64,000 bases of DNA from positions 124,001 through 188,000 of the IMG/VR virus record IMGVR_UViG_3300047157_000197. One strand, given 5' to 3'. The stretch's first letter is position 1, and each line of letters opens with the position of its first letter. A program made the position numbers and the translations under genes. Shown here piece by piece: positions 39,405-48,877 of this stretch. A model generated the notes under the pieces. It did no database searches and was not told where the DNA came from. It was given only the letters and a program-made list of their open reading frames with translations.

Positions 39405-41398
39405 GAGTATTTGAAGAAATCCAAAAACTTTCAAATCCCTCTAACAAAAAATTAACAGATGTTGATATAATAAAGTTAGATAGGGATTCTGATGTTATAT
39501 TTGTATTGTTACCTGAGTGGGCTCCAAATCTACCTCCTTATAATATAGCAAGATTATCATCGATAATAAATCAAGCTGGTTATAAATCATCATGTCTTGA
39601 TTTAAACATTGAAACTTATCAAGAATCAAAGAAATGGAAAAAAGAATTGGGAATTGACCCATATAATCCAAATAATCTAAATAAGTGGGCAATAAGTGAA
39701 TATGAAAAATATCTGGCACCAACTATAAATCCATTTTTAGATAAATGGATTGAAAAAATAGTAGAAATAAACCCAAAAGTACTAGGGTTTACTCTGTATT
39801 TTTGTAACTCAGGTCCTGTAGATTATGTAGTAAAAAAATTAAGAAAAAGATTACCAAACTCAACTTTTTTTGCTGGTGGACCTGATTTATCACAAATTAA
39901 AGATAAAATCAAAAATGGTGAAATGTACTGTGATGATAACGATACTCCTTATTTTGATTATGGTATTCTTGGAGAATCTGAAATTATATTATTAGATGTA
40001 CTTGAAGAAATAGAACAAGGTGTTGAGCATAAAGGAATGAAAATTCTTACTCAACCTATTAAACAAAGAATTAATCTAAATAACTTTCCATTACCAAATT
40101 ATGAAAACTTTGATTTTTCTAAATATAAAATATCAGATGGAGCATTAACAGAACTAAGTAGAGGTTGTACTGCAAAATGTACATTTTGTTCAGAAACACA
40201 TTTTTGGGAATATAGACAAAGAAATCATACTTCGGTTTTAGATGAAATACAATATCTTTATGATAAAGGAGTACGAATAATATGGTTTGTTGATTCATTA
40301 GTAAATGGAAATCTAAAAGAATTAAAAGAATTTGCACAAGGAGTTATTGATAGAGAATTGGATATAAAATGGCAAGGATATGCAAGATGTGATGGTAGAA
40401 TGGATTATGAGTATTTAAAATTACTTAAAGATTCTGGTTGTCATTCATTATCCTTTGGTGCTGAATCTGCTAGTGATAAAGTTTTAAAAGATATAAACAA
40501 AAGAGTTACTAACTCTGAAATGGAACAAAACTTTAAAGATTGTAATAAATTAGGAATTCATATATTTTCAACATGGATTACATCATTTCCAACAGAAGAT
40601 ACTGAAGATTTTATAGATACTCTTGTTTTTTTAAATAGAAACACAGTAGATTCTATTTTTTTAACACCAGGATTTCAACTTACAGATGATTCAATAGTTG
40701 GCCAAAACTTTGAAAAATTTGGATTAGCACCTTTTAGTTATAATGGTGGTTGGATTAAAGATGATTATTCCTACACAAAACCACATATATTAACAAGAGC
40801 AAAACTATTTGATATATTTGCTAAAGAATGTACAGATATAATTACATGGGATAGACCATTACTTTCAAAAATGTATAATATCTCTTTTAATAATAAATTA
40901 AATAAAAAAATAGATTATTATAGAACTGATATTAATGTATTTAAAAAAGATAATAATAACTTTAAAAATAATTTGTTACTTGAGCCTTTTTATGTATTTC
41001 ACTTAATGTGGAAAATAAAAGGAGGTTTTGAAATAAATTTAAAATTTGATAAAGATATAGATTACCAAGAATATGGAAATGTATTAGAAACAAATTACTG
41101 GTCAGATTTTTATTTTAAAATAGATGATAGTGGTAATTGGGAAACAAAAATAAAATCTAAATTTGAACAAGTACCAAATGCATTTAACTTTATTGATTAT
41201 TCTCAGAGAAAATCTCCCACAATAGAAAGAGCCAGAGTTCACGCAAAACCAAAATGGAAAGATGGCAGTAGAACTGTTGCTGAAATTAAAGAAGGTTTAA
41301 AAACTGAAAATTACTTAAATAAAACAAAAGATTTTACATTTAAGTTTGATTGGGAAGGTAGTGGATATTGGGGAGAAAAAAAGAAAAACTTATTTTAA
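39389..41398 (+). CDS. B12-binding-domain radical SAM protein
   Basis: SRGCTAKCTFC (CxxxCxxC), N-terminal cobalamin-binding-like region (FAGGPD, GESE), FGAESAS. Confidence 0.85.
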   Translation: MESALRVFEEIQKLSNPSNKKLTDVDIIKLDRDSDVIFVLLPEWAPNLPPYNIARLSSIINQAGYKSSCLDLNIETYQESKKWKKELGIDPYNPNNLNKWAISEYEKYLAPTINPFLDKWIEKIVEINPKVLGFTLYFCNSGPVDYVVKKLRKRLPNSTFFAGGPDLSQIKDKIKNGEMYCDDNDTPYFDYGILGESEIILLDVLEEIEQGVEHKGMKILTQPIKQRINLNNFPLPNYENFDFSKYKISDGALTELSRGCTAKCTFCSETHFWEYRQRNHTSVLDEIQYLYDKGVRIIWFVDSLVNGNLKELKEFAQGVIDRELDIKWQGYARCDGRMDYEYLKLLKDSGCHSLSFGAESASDKVLKDINKRVTNSEMEQNFKDCNKLGIHIFSTWITSFPTEDTEDFIDTLVFLNRNTVDSIFLTPGFQLTDDSIVGQNFEKFGLAPFSYNGGWIKDDYSYTKPHILTRAKLFDIFAKECTDIITWDRPLLSKMYNISFNNKLNKKIDYYRTDINVFKKDNNNFKNNLLLEPFYVFHLMWKIKGGFEINLKFDKDIDYQEYGNVLETNYWSDFYFKIDDSGNWETKIKSKFEQVPNAFNFIDYSQRKSPTIERARVHAKPKWKDGSRTVAEIKEGLKTENYLNKTKDFTFKFDWEGSGYWGEKKKNLF

Positions 41399-41430
41399 TT
41401 AGGATATTAAAAATAAATTTCGTATATTTG
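41399..41430 (+). promoter_or_regulatory. Bacteroidetes-type housekeeping promoter (-33/-7)
   Basis: TTAG-N20-TATATTTG; nearly identical to the copy at 55659. Confidence 0.7.
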
Positions 41431-41437
41431 ATTTATT

Positions 41438-41575
41438 ATGAATAAAACAGATTTAACACAACAAGATGGAATGTATTATGTAGGACACTTAATCGATATC
41501 GATGGAAGTGGTTATGTAGATGCAGAAACTGCAGAACTTATCCTATTAGAACATAATGCAGGAGTTACTGAATGA
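41438..41575 (+). CDS. Small hypothetical protein (45 aa), not in the ORF track
   Basis: MNKTDLTQQDGMYYVGHLIDIDGSGYVDAETAELILLEHNAGVTE; its TGA overlaps the ATG of the polymerase gene. Confidence 0.5.
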   Translation: MNKTDLTQQDGMYYVGHLIDIDGSGYVDAETAELILLEHNAGVTE

Positions 41576-42828
41576 TTATAGTAGAAACTAATAAAGAGAA
41601 AGAACAATTTCTCGAATATTGGAATAACGAAGAATCTAAGATTATTCCGATTTGGGAAGATTTGGATAGACATCCTATGACTAATGGGTTGTCATTTTTG
41701 TATGTCCGATTCTCAAACTTAGATTTTATACTACCATTTAATCACAATGATTGTGAAAAGTTAGAAATAGATTTATCAACCTCGAATCAAACAAAGTGGA
41801 TTTGGAACAAAAAAGGATTTCTCCAAACCGATATTAAGATAAATAACCTAAAAGATGTGCAAACTTCTTTATTCTTTGAGAAATTCCAATTATATGATAT
41901 ACAATCGAAATTAGAGGGTTTAACGAGTTTTTACTATCGTTTGGGTATAAGAGATGGTTTGGGTAAGAGTATCTCTATAATGAAGTGGAGTGAAGTACTA
42001 CGAGGTATATGTGATGAATGGGATATAAAACATACAAATCTTTGGGTGGATGAAACGATGATTCCTCTTTTATCAGATATCGAGAGAAAAGGCATTCAAG
42101 TCGATAGGGAAAAATTTTTTGATAGATGGCCAGATAATAAGAAATCTTTATGGTTCTCACATACATTCACCGAGTACAATCCATACACGATTACATCAAG
42201 ACCTTCCAATAGACATTTAGGTATCAATTATGGTGCATTAAACAAATCCGATGGTAGTAGGGGAGTATTCGTTCCAAAGAAAGGAAAGTTGTTCTTACAA
42301 TTCGATTACGATGCATATCATGTTAGGATTATTGGTAAGTTGATTAAATACAAACTACCCGATACTTCGGTTCACCAATGGTTAGCAGACCAATATGGTT
42401 GTGATTATGGGGAATCCAAAGGAAGAACGTTCCGTATCTTATATGGGGGAGTATCCGATGAAGATAGAAAAATACCATTCTTTGATAAAGTAGATAAGTT
42501 TATTTACAAGATGCAAGAAGAGAGTATTCGAAATGGGTATCTACAAACTCCAAAAGGAAGAAAGATTCCTTTAGAGTGGATTGAAAACCCCAACTCTCAA
42601 AAGTTCTTCAACTATATTCTTCAAGCGACTGAAACTGAATTCAATATTGAGGTAATGAATAAGTTGAAAACGTTGCAACTTCCTCTACCTATTCTTTATA
42701 CTTATGATTCATTCTTATTTGAGTTTGATGAAACCGAGGTAGAAACTATTAAATTAGTTAAATCCGTTCTCGAAAGTTATGGATTTCCTGTCAAAGCCGA
42801 TTGGGGGAGTGATTACTCAAAAGTTTAA
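41572..42828 (+). CDS. Short family-A DNA polymerase
   Basis: T.TSRPS, motif A LQFDYDAYHVR, motif B SKGRTFRILYGG, NYILQATET, motif C LYTYDSFLFE. Confidence 0.8.
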   Translation: MIIVETNKEKEQFLEYWNNEESKIIPIWEDLDRHPMTNGLSFLYVRFSNLDFILPFNHNDCEKLEIDLSTSNQTKWIWNKKGFLQTDIKINNLKDVQTSLFFEKFQLYDIQSKLEGLTSFYYRLGIRDGLGKSISIMKWSEVLRGICDEWDIKHTNLWVDETMIPLLSDIERKGIQVDREKFFDRWPDNKKSLWFSHTFTEYNPYTITSRPSNRHLGINYGALNKSDGSRGVFVPKKGKLFLQFDYDAYHVRIIGKLIKYKLPDTSVHQWLADQYGCDYGESKGRTFRILYGGVSDEDRKIPFFDKVDKFIYKMQEESIRNGYLQTPKGRKIPLEWIENPNSQKFFNYILQATETEFNIEVMNKLKTLQLPLPILYTYDSFLFEFDETEVETIKLVKSVLESYGFPVKADWGSDYSKV

Positions 42829-42861
42829 TATTTATATATACATTAAAAAATAAGGAAAATT

Positions 42862-43473
42862 ATGAAATTATTTAAAATATTACTGCTATCATTCATCTTG
42901 TGGGGATGTGAAGCAGAATCAATTGTTGCACAAGAATTAAGACAAGAAGTTATTGTTGAAAATGCAGTATTCAAAGTTTGGTACAATGAAGTAAAAGAAC
43001 AACCAGTAAAATTAGTTTATACATCTACTAATAGACCAAAGAATGTAGATAGAGGTTCAATGAACTTTTATAATGAATCTGATTATCATACATCTGATAA
43101 TGCTGATTATTATGCAAATGTTTGGGATAAAGGACATCTTGCTCCAGCAGCAACTTATTCTGATTCTAAAGAAAATCTACGACAAACATTTTCGTTTTTA
43201 AATTGTGCTTTACAAGACCAGTACCTTAATAGAGGTGAGTGGAGATTATTAGAAGAACAAGAAAGAAAATGGGATGATGAACAAAATTTAAGAATTGTAG
43301 TTGAACTAGTATGGGAAGATGGATATGAAATACTACCAACAGGTGGACATATTCCAACTACAATGATAAAAACAATTTACTTTGAAAACGACGGTACTTG
43401 TAGAAAATTTGTATTTCCAAATCAAAAACCAACTCAAGGTTGGGAAGAATACGAGGTAACTTGTACAGACTAA
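42862..43473 (+). CDS. DNA/RNA non-specific endonuclease (NucA/EndoG family), predicted lipoprotein
   Basis: WDKGHLAPAA, TFSFLNCALQ..LNRGEWRLLE; signal peptide ending in lipobox LWGC. Confidence 0.85.
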   Translation: MKLFKILLLSFILWGCEAESIVAQELRQEVIVENAVFKVWYNEVKEQPVKLVYTSTNRPKNVDRGSMNFYNESDYHTSDNADYYANVWDKGHLAPAATYSDSKENLRQTFSFLNCALQDQYLNRGEWRLLEEQERKWDDEQNLRIVVELVWEDGYEILPTGGHIPTTMIKTIYFENDGTCRKFVFPNQKPTQGWEEYEVTCTD

Positions 43474-43500
43474 TATTTATAATAAATAGGAGATTAAATT

Positions 43501-43905
43501 ATGGCTTTCAACTTTCCTGATGGAGCATCAAACGGAGATACACATACAGCAAGTAATGGTACAGTTTATATTTACAATGGAACAACATGGTTAGTTGATT
43601 CAGTAACCACTACAACAAACTTCGATACAAAATATCTAAATACAAATGGTGATGGAATTTTAAGTGGTTCTGTGACTGACCAACTTCCAAGTGGAGTAAT
43701 TAGTGGAAGTTCTCAAATTACAATTACTGAATCACAAATTTCAGATTTATCACATACAACTTTACCAAGTGGATTAGTTAGTGGTTCATCTCAGTTAGAT
43801 GGATTTGTAAGTTCATCTTCAACAAATATTATAGAAGTAATGACATCTGCATCTTATGATGCAATTACACCAGTTAGTGGTACTTTATATATTATACAAG
43901 GATAA
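43501..43905 (+). CDS. Small virion fibre/decoration protein
   Basis: MAFNFP...YIYNGTTW; SGSSQ repeats; ends YDAITPVSGTLYII. Confidence 0.65.
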   Translation: MAFNFPDGASNGDTHTASNGTVYIYNGTTWLVDSVTTTTNFDTKYLNTNGDGILSGSVTDQLPSGVISGSSQITITESQISDLSHTTLPSGLVSGSSQLDGFVSSSSTNIIEVMTSASYDAITPVSGTLYIIQG

Positions 43906-43907
43906 AA

Positions 43908-44813
43908 ATGGACAGAAGGATTAATACTGCACAAGGCATTACTTTCAATAATGTTTCGGTAGATGATGTTTATTATAATAACGAACACATCTGGCCAACA
44001 GGTAGTGCTTCAACTCCTTGGTCACCAAGTACTGATATTACAACAGTTGCTTGGATTGATGCATCCGATTCTTCAAATTATTCAACAAGTGGAACAACCC
44101 TAACTTCGGTAACTGATAAAGCAGGAACTTATACAATGACAGTTGGTGGAACTCCAACTACTGGTAATACTCAAAATGGATTAAATGTATTTGATTTTAA
44201 TGGTAGTAATGAGTATTTACAAAGTACAACGTATTCTATCCAAGCATCATCTGGTAATCATTGGGCAATAGGTGTATTTAGATTTGAAGGAACAAATAGT
44301 ACTCAAGATTCTATTTGGAGTTATGAAACCAATCAAATTGGTTTTGGTGGGGAAAAAAGAGATTATGCATTGAGTAGTGGTAATTCCTCAAACTCATGGC
44401 CAGGTGAATTAGATTTAGATGGTTTGGCTTTTAATAGAATTAGTTCTACAATTGGTAATTTAGAATCTTGGAATTCAAAAAGTTTAACAAGAAACCAATA
44501 TCATATCGTTTCGTGTTGGTTTAATAAAACAGGAAACCAAATTGGTGTTAGAGTAGATGGTTCAAATGCATTTACACCAGTTAATGATTACGATAACGAA
44601 ATACAAACAAGACAACAATTAAGATTAATGAGAAACAGGTCATCACAAGAATTAGATGGTAAATTAGCAGAGTTCTTTGCAGTAGCAAATATACCTGGTA
44701 CAAGTGGTACTGATTTAACTCATTTAACAAAAGCAGAAGGATATCTTGCACACAAATGGGGATTAGAAAGTTCTCTACCAAGTTCACATCCTTACAAAAC
44801 ATCAGCACCTTAA
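43908..44813 (+). CDS. Virion protein with ConA/LamG-like lectin domain
   Basis: WIDASDSS...DKAG, NGLNVFDFNG, EGYLAHKWGL..LP..HPYK. Confidence 0.6.
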   Translation: MDRRINTAQGITFNNVSVDDVYYNNEHIWPTGSASTPWSPSTDITTVAWIDASDSSNYSTSGTTLTSVTDKAGTYTMTVGGTPTTGNTQNGLNVFDFNGSNEYLQSTTYSIQASSGNHWAIGVFRFEGTNSTQDSIWSYETNQIGFGGEKRDYALSSGNSSNSWPGELDLDGLAFNRISSTIGNLESWNSKSLTRNQYHIVSCWFNKTGNQIGVRVDGSNAFTPVNDYDNEIQTRQQLRLMRNRSSQELDGKLAEFFAVANIPGTSGTDLTHLTKAEGYLAHKWGLESSLPSSHPYKTSAP

Positions 44814-44828
44814 TATTTATAGTATAGT

Positions 44829-46865
44829 ATGGATTATAAAAAAGTAATAGATAAGTTAGTAAGAGAACTCTCATATAGGGTAGGAATTCCCAATATAGAA
44901 AATAAGGACCATCAATCAATCATGTCTGAAATTCTTTCAGAGTGGGGTGAGTATGATGTAAAAGAAAAAATCTTTGAATTTCTTACTGAAAAAGATGAAA
45001 AATTTAATGCAACAAGTAAAAAGAGTGGTGAAACTGTAACATTCCAATCAAAAAAAGCAAGAGAGGATGCAATAGAAGCAGGAACCCACAAACTTATTGA
45101 TAAAAAAGATGATGATACTCAAACTACACAAGGTAGTGCTTTAAAAAGTAAATCTTATCAAAAAGTAGTTGATAAAGAAGAAGAAACTCGGAAAAAAATT
45201 GATGGTGAAGATGATAATAACCAACAACCTGAAAACGATGAAGAAAGAAAAGAAGAACTGAGAAGTAAAGATGAAGAATTAGTAAATACTCAACTTTTCT
45301 TATATGAAGGTGATGACCAAGATGCGGGAGGTCTTGGAACTCCTGAATCAAGAACTGGTGAAACAGTAACAGTTTATGCTGGTACAAGAATAAAACAACT
45401 CATGGCAGATGGAAAAATGGATTATAAAACTGCCAGAGAACAAGTAAGACAAGAATTACTTGAACACACAAAATCCAAAAAAGGTGGTAAAAAGGCACTC
45501 TTAACAAAAGAATGGGTAGAGTCAGGCCTAAGATGTTTAGATTGGATTAATGAAAATTATGATATAGATGAGGTTGAAAATTTGGCATGGGATACACCTG
45601 AAGGAAATGAATTAGTAGGTTCAACTGGTCATGGAACTTCTGCTGATATGTTTATAAAAACAAAAGATGGAAGAACAATTGGTATTTCTCTTAAAAAAGA
45701 TTTTAAAGTTTTTGTTTTCAATGGTGGATATGATAAAAATATTGAAAAATTTGCAGAAAGTTTGGGATTATCGTTGGATGAATTACCAGATGAACTTCAA
45801 TATAAAGGAAACCCTAAATCATATAAATCAAAAAGAGAAAAAATATTTGAAGAAAGATTTGAGTTATTCAATAATGATGATGTAAAGAAAAAAGTTTGTG
45901 AAAATATAGAAAAGGCAAAATCAAGTGATGAAGGATATATAGAAGTATTTGCTAAAAGAACTTTAAAAAATAAAAAGAGATTAAATTTAATTGCAAAAAA
46001 TGCAGGTAAAGATATTTCTGATATAACTTGTGATGATTTTTATAACTTTGTTTTAAATAAACCAAATAAAACCAATGACGATAAAGCAGTTATTTATGCT
46101 TTTGCACAATATGATTCTGAAATTGAAAAGGGAACTAATGGATTATATTCAGAAACAAGAAAATTAGATAAACAACAGAGAGATGCTTTTTATAGTTTTG
46201 TAACAACACAACCTTACGAGGACAAATTTAAAGAAGTAGTTGCAGAACATACTCATATTGATGATGTTTTGTTTGGAACAAAGGGAGACCAATTAGATAA
46301 ACTTGAAGTTGTATATGGAGAACCACCAGCGGGTGAATCCATGAAAAAAGAAGCTTTAGTTGCTATGTTTGATTTGGGAGATTTATATGAAGAATATGAA
46401 AATGAAAAAGACCCACAGAAAAAACAAGAACTTCAAGATGAAATAAAAAGAAAGTATAAGGAAAAAATGATAATTGATAAAGAATCAAATCCACCGAGAA
46501 TTGGTGTATTGATTGCTAATCCTGTTCCTCCACCAGATACTTCAATTCAACCTCTATTCACTTTAGGAGTTAGAGCTAAGGGTATTACCGCGGCACCTGC
46601 ATTAGAAATGGGACAAACTGCTTTTGGTGGATTGTGTTTTAAAAATGGAACTGTTGATATAAACAAATGGCCTGATGAAGATAGAAAGAAATTTGTTGAT
46701 AGCGAAGTTAAGAGAATACAAGAAGATTTTGATGATGATTTCATAGATTATACAAACAAAAGTGAAGTTGAAGAATTAATATCTTATTTAGAAAGATTAG
46801 ATAAATTAAAATCTGTACCGAAAACTAAAAGGTTAATGGATTTAATAAAATCAAAACAACAATAA
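44829..46865 (+). CDS. Late protein with restriction-endonuclease-like (PD-(D/E)XK) core
   Basis: TSADMFIKTKDGRTIGISLKK; acidic linker; late motif at 44813. Confidence 0.45.
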   Translation: MDYKKVIDKLVRELSYRVGIPNIENKDHQSIMSEILSEWGEYDVKEKIFEFLTEKDEKFNATSKKSGETVTFQSKKAREDAIEAGTHKLIDKKDDDTQTTQGSALKSKSYQKVVDKEEETRKKIDGEDDNNQQPENDEERKEELRSKDEELVNTQLFLYEGDDQDAGGLGTPESRTGETVTVYAGTRIKQLMADGKMDYKTAREQVRQELLEHTKSKKGGKKALLTKEWVESGLRCLDWINENYDIDEVENLAWDTPEGNELVGSTGHGTSADMFIKTKDGRTIGISLKKDFKVFVFNGGYDKNIEKFAESLGLSLDELPDELQYKGNPKSYKSKREKIFEERFELFNNDDVKKKVCENIEKAKSSDEGYIEVFAKRTLKNKKRLNLIAKNAGKDISDITCDDFYNFVLNKPNKTNDDKAVIYAFAQYDSEIEKGTNGLYSETRKLDKQQRDAFYSFVTTQPYEDKFKEVVAEHTHIDDVLFGTKGDQLDKLEVVYGEPPAGESMKKEALVAMFDLGDLYEEYENEKDPQKKQELQDEIKRKYKEKMIIDKESNPPRIGVLIANPVPPPDTSIQPLFTLGVRAKGITAAPALEMGQTAFGGLCFKNGTVDINKWPDEDRKKFVDSEVKRIQEDFDDDFIDYTNKSEVEELISYLERLDKLKSVPKTKRLMDLIKSKQQ

Positions 46866-46967
46866 GCCCCCTTATTTAAAGGTACATTACAATATATTTA
46901 TTAATAGTAGTTTTTCCATAAAAGAAATCATATTTATAGTAGAATAAATAAAGAGGATGGAAAATCT

Positions 46968-47369
46968 ATGCAAACCCAGTTACTTTGTACTTTTACTACA
47001 AAAGAAGAACTTAAAACTACCTTACAGCTTATAAGAGAAACCTATCATATAGTGTACAACTATATTTATGTTCTTCAAAATAAGGGTAATTTAGAGGAGT
47101 TGTTCGTTACCTATAATATAGATACTTCTATTAAACCAGAAACACCATTAAAGGATACTATCTTAGTACACCGAAAAAAACAATCTAATACTCTTTATAC
47201 AATCAATGCACTTAACGAATTAGTTAAAGAAGAAAATGGTGGTGTATTAGATAAAAAATTCACAATTGATTGGAATAAATTCAAAAACTCAATTATCGTT
47301 ACCAATGTAGAAGGTACAAAGAAAATTTCTACACGAATCTTCGAGGTAATAGAATTCAACAAAAAATAA
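46968..47369 (+). CDS. Conserved phage hypothetical protein
   Basis: MQTQLLCTF...VHRKKQSNTLYTINALN. Confidence 0.6.
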   Translation: MQTQLLCTFTTKEELKTTLQLIRETYHIVYNYIYVLQNKGNLEELFVTYNIDTSIKPETPLKDTILVHRKKQSNTLYTINALNELVKEENGGVLDKKFTIDWNKFKNSIIVTNVEGTKKISTRIFEVIEFNKK

Positions 47370-47447
47370 AATTATTCTTATTTAGAATCAATATAAACTG
47401 GTAAAATAAATCACATTTTACTTGACTCGTATTGCTTTTTTTTCACT

Positions 47448-47474
47448 ATATTTACTATGTAAATAATTAATAAT
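47448..47474 (+). promoter_or_regulatory. Conserved 27-bp early-type promoter element, copy 2
   Basis: Identical to 38441-38467. Confidence 0.7.
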
Positions 47475-47492
47475 ATAAAACGTTAAAAAATT

Positions 47493-47681
47493 ATGACCGT
47501 AAGTAAAATAAAAGAAATCGTAAAAGAAGTATTAAGTATCAATTTAGTAGATTGGTTATCTAAATCTCAAATTGAACTGATAGAAATAGAAGTAGAAGTT
47601 CATGAAATTGCTGAAAAAGATGTTTGTGAATTTATCTTTGATAAATCAGTAATATTCCAATGTTCATTAATGGATGATTAA
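47493..47681 (+). CDS. Hypothetical protein
   Basis: 62-aa ORF directly after the promoter element, A-rich leader. Confidence 0.5.
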   Translation: MTVSKIKEIVKEVLSINLVDWLSKSQIELIEIEVEVHEIAEKDVCEFIFDKSVIFQCSLMDD

Positions 47682-47705
47682 TATAAACCTATAAAACATT
47701 AAATT

Positions 47706-47918
47706 ATGACAATAGTAAATTTAGTAAAAAAAATAAATGATTTAGAATACTTAACCAAGAAACAATATTCTTGGTTAGCTAGTAACGATTCTAACTTTGA
47801 TAGTTTGGATTTTAGTTACATAGGTGATTTCAGCAAGTATGGTGATTACTTAAATTTACAAGTTTATTCTGAACACGAACATCATGATTTTCAATATCGA
47901 ATGGAATGTGGAATTTAA
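47706..47918 (+). CDS. Hypothetical protein
   Basis: 70-aa ORF, A-rich leader. Confidence 0.5.
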   Translation: MTIVNLVKKINDLEYLTKKQYSWLASNDSNFDSLDFSYIGDFSKYGDYLNLQVYSEHEHHDFQYRMECGI

Positions 47919-47943
47919 AATATAAATCTTAAAATATAAAAAT

Positions 47944-48144
47944 ATGTCTAAATTAAAACTAAAACAATATATGTTCACCTTTGAAGGTGGAGGTTGGAAT
48001 ACCGTATGGGCCAAGACCCTACGAGGTGCTAAGAAATTGGCAGTTAAGGAATATGAATATTCCGATACGTTGAATGTGAGATTAGATTCAGTTCACTTGG
48101 CAACTGAAAGTGGTTTGAAAACAGCAATGAGTTTATTTTATTAA
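47944..48144 (+). CDS. Hypothetical protein
   Basis: 66-aa ORF; FEGGGWNTVWA. Confidence 0.55.
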   Translation: MSKLKLKQYMFTFEGGGWNTVWAKTLRGAKKLAVKEYEYSDTLNVRLDSVHLATESGLKTAMSLFY

Positions 48145-48196
48145 AATTTTAACATAAATTTAACACTTTTTATTAGGAATTGTGGTTTATTTTTCG

Positions 48197-48223
48197 TATA
48201 TTTACTATGTAAATAATTAATAA
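48197..48223 (+). promoter_or_regulatory. Conserved 27-bp early-type promoter element, copy 3
   Basis: Identical to 38441-38467. Confidence 0.7.
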
Positions 48224-48239
48224 CATAAACTTTAAAACT

Positions 48240-48548
48240 ATGAGTAAATTTGAAATCTGGCTTGATGAGGTCAACACTAAGAGAAAAAAGTATTGGGATG
48301 ATAAATATACCTACAAACCCTACACACCCCTAACAATCAAAAAAGGACAAAAGTATGTAAAGATTATGGATGAAACCTCAGTATGGGCGTTTGTTTCCAT
48401 GTGGGAAGGTGTGTTCCAAGGAACGTTAGTTTGTAAAGGAGATTTACTAAAACCAGCTTCTTGGAAAACTCCGGCTAAACATGCAAGAGGAAACATCTTT
48501 GATGGAACTGATAAGTGGGAATTCTTTGGACCAAAATACTTAAAATAA
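48240..48548 (+). CDS. Conserved phage early protein
   Basis: GDLLKPASWKTPAKHARGNI motif, widespread in large myoviruses. Confidence 0.65.
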   Translation: MSKFEIWLDEVNTKRKKYWDDKYTYKPYTPLTIKKGQKYVKIMDETSVWAFVSMWEGVFQGTLVCKGDLLKPASWKTPAKHARGNIFDGTDKWEFFGPKYLK

Positions 48549-48553
48549 AAAAT

Positions 48554-48877
48554 ATGAAGATACCTAAAATAACAAAACCATGGAGTAAAGAGATGTATGA
48601 ATACAACGATTACGTTGCAGAATTCATGAAGATGGAAATTGAAACTAAGATTAACGAAGCTGAAAACAATGATGATTTCAATACCCTAAACGAACTAATG
48701 GTTCTTTGTGGTGGTATTAAATATGGAGATAGTTACACACTTGGTGAACTATGGGAAGATTGTTTGAACGAATTACAGAATGTTCAAAACTATTGGTTAC
48801 ATGAAGAATTCCCATATGCTGTATCAAAAGGATGGGTTGATGATGTTGAATTAAAATTCGTTGGATATGACAAATAG
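48554..48877 (+). CDS. Hypothetical protein
   Basis: ATG at 48554 is in frame with ORF 48515..48877. Confidence 0.55.
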   Translation: MKIPKITKPWSKEMYEYNDYVAEFMKMEIETKINEAENNDDFNTLNELMVLCGGIKYGDSYTLGELWEDCLNELQNVQNYWLHEEFPYAVSKGWVDDVELKFVGYDK

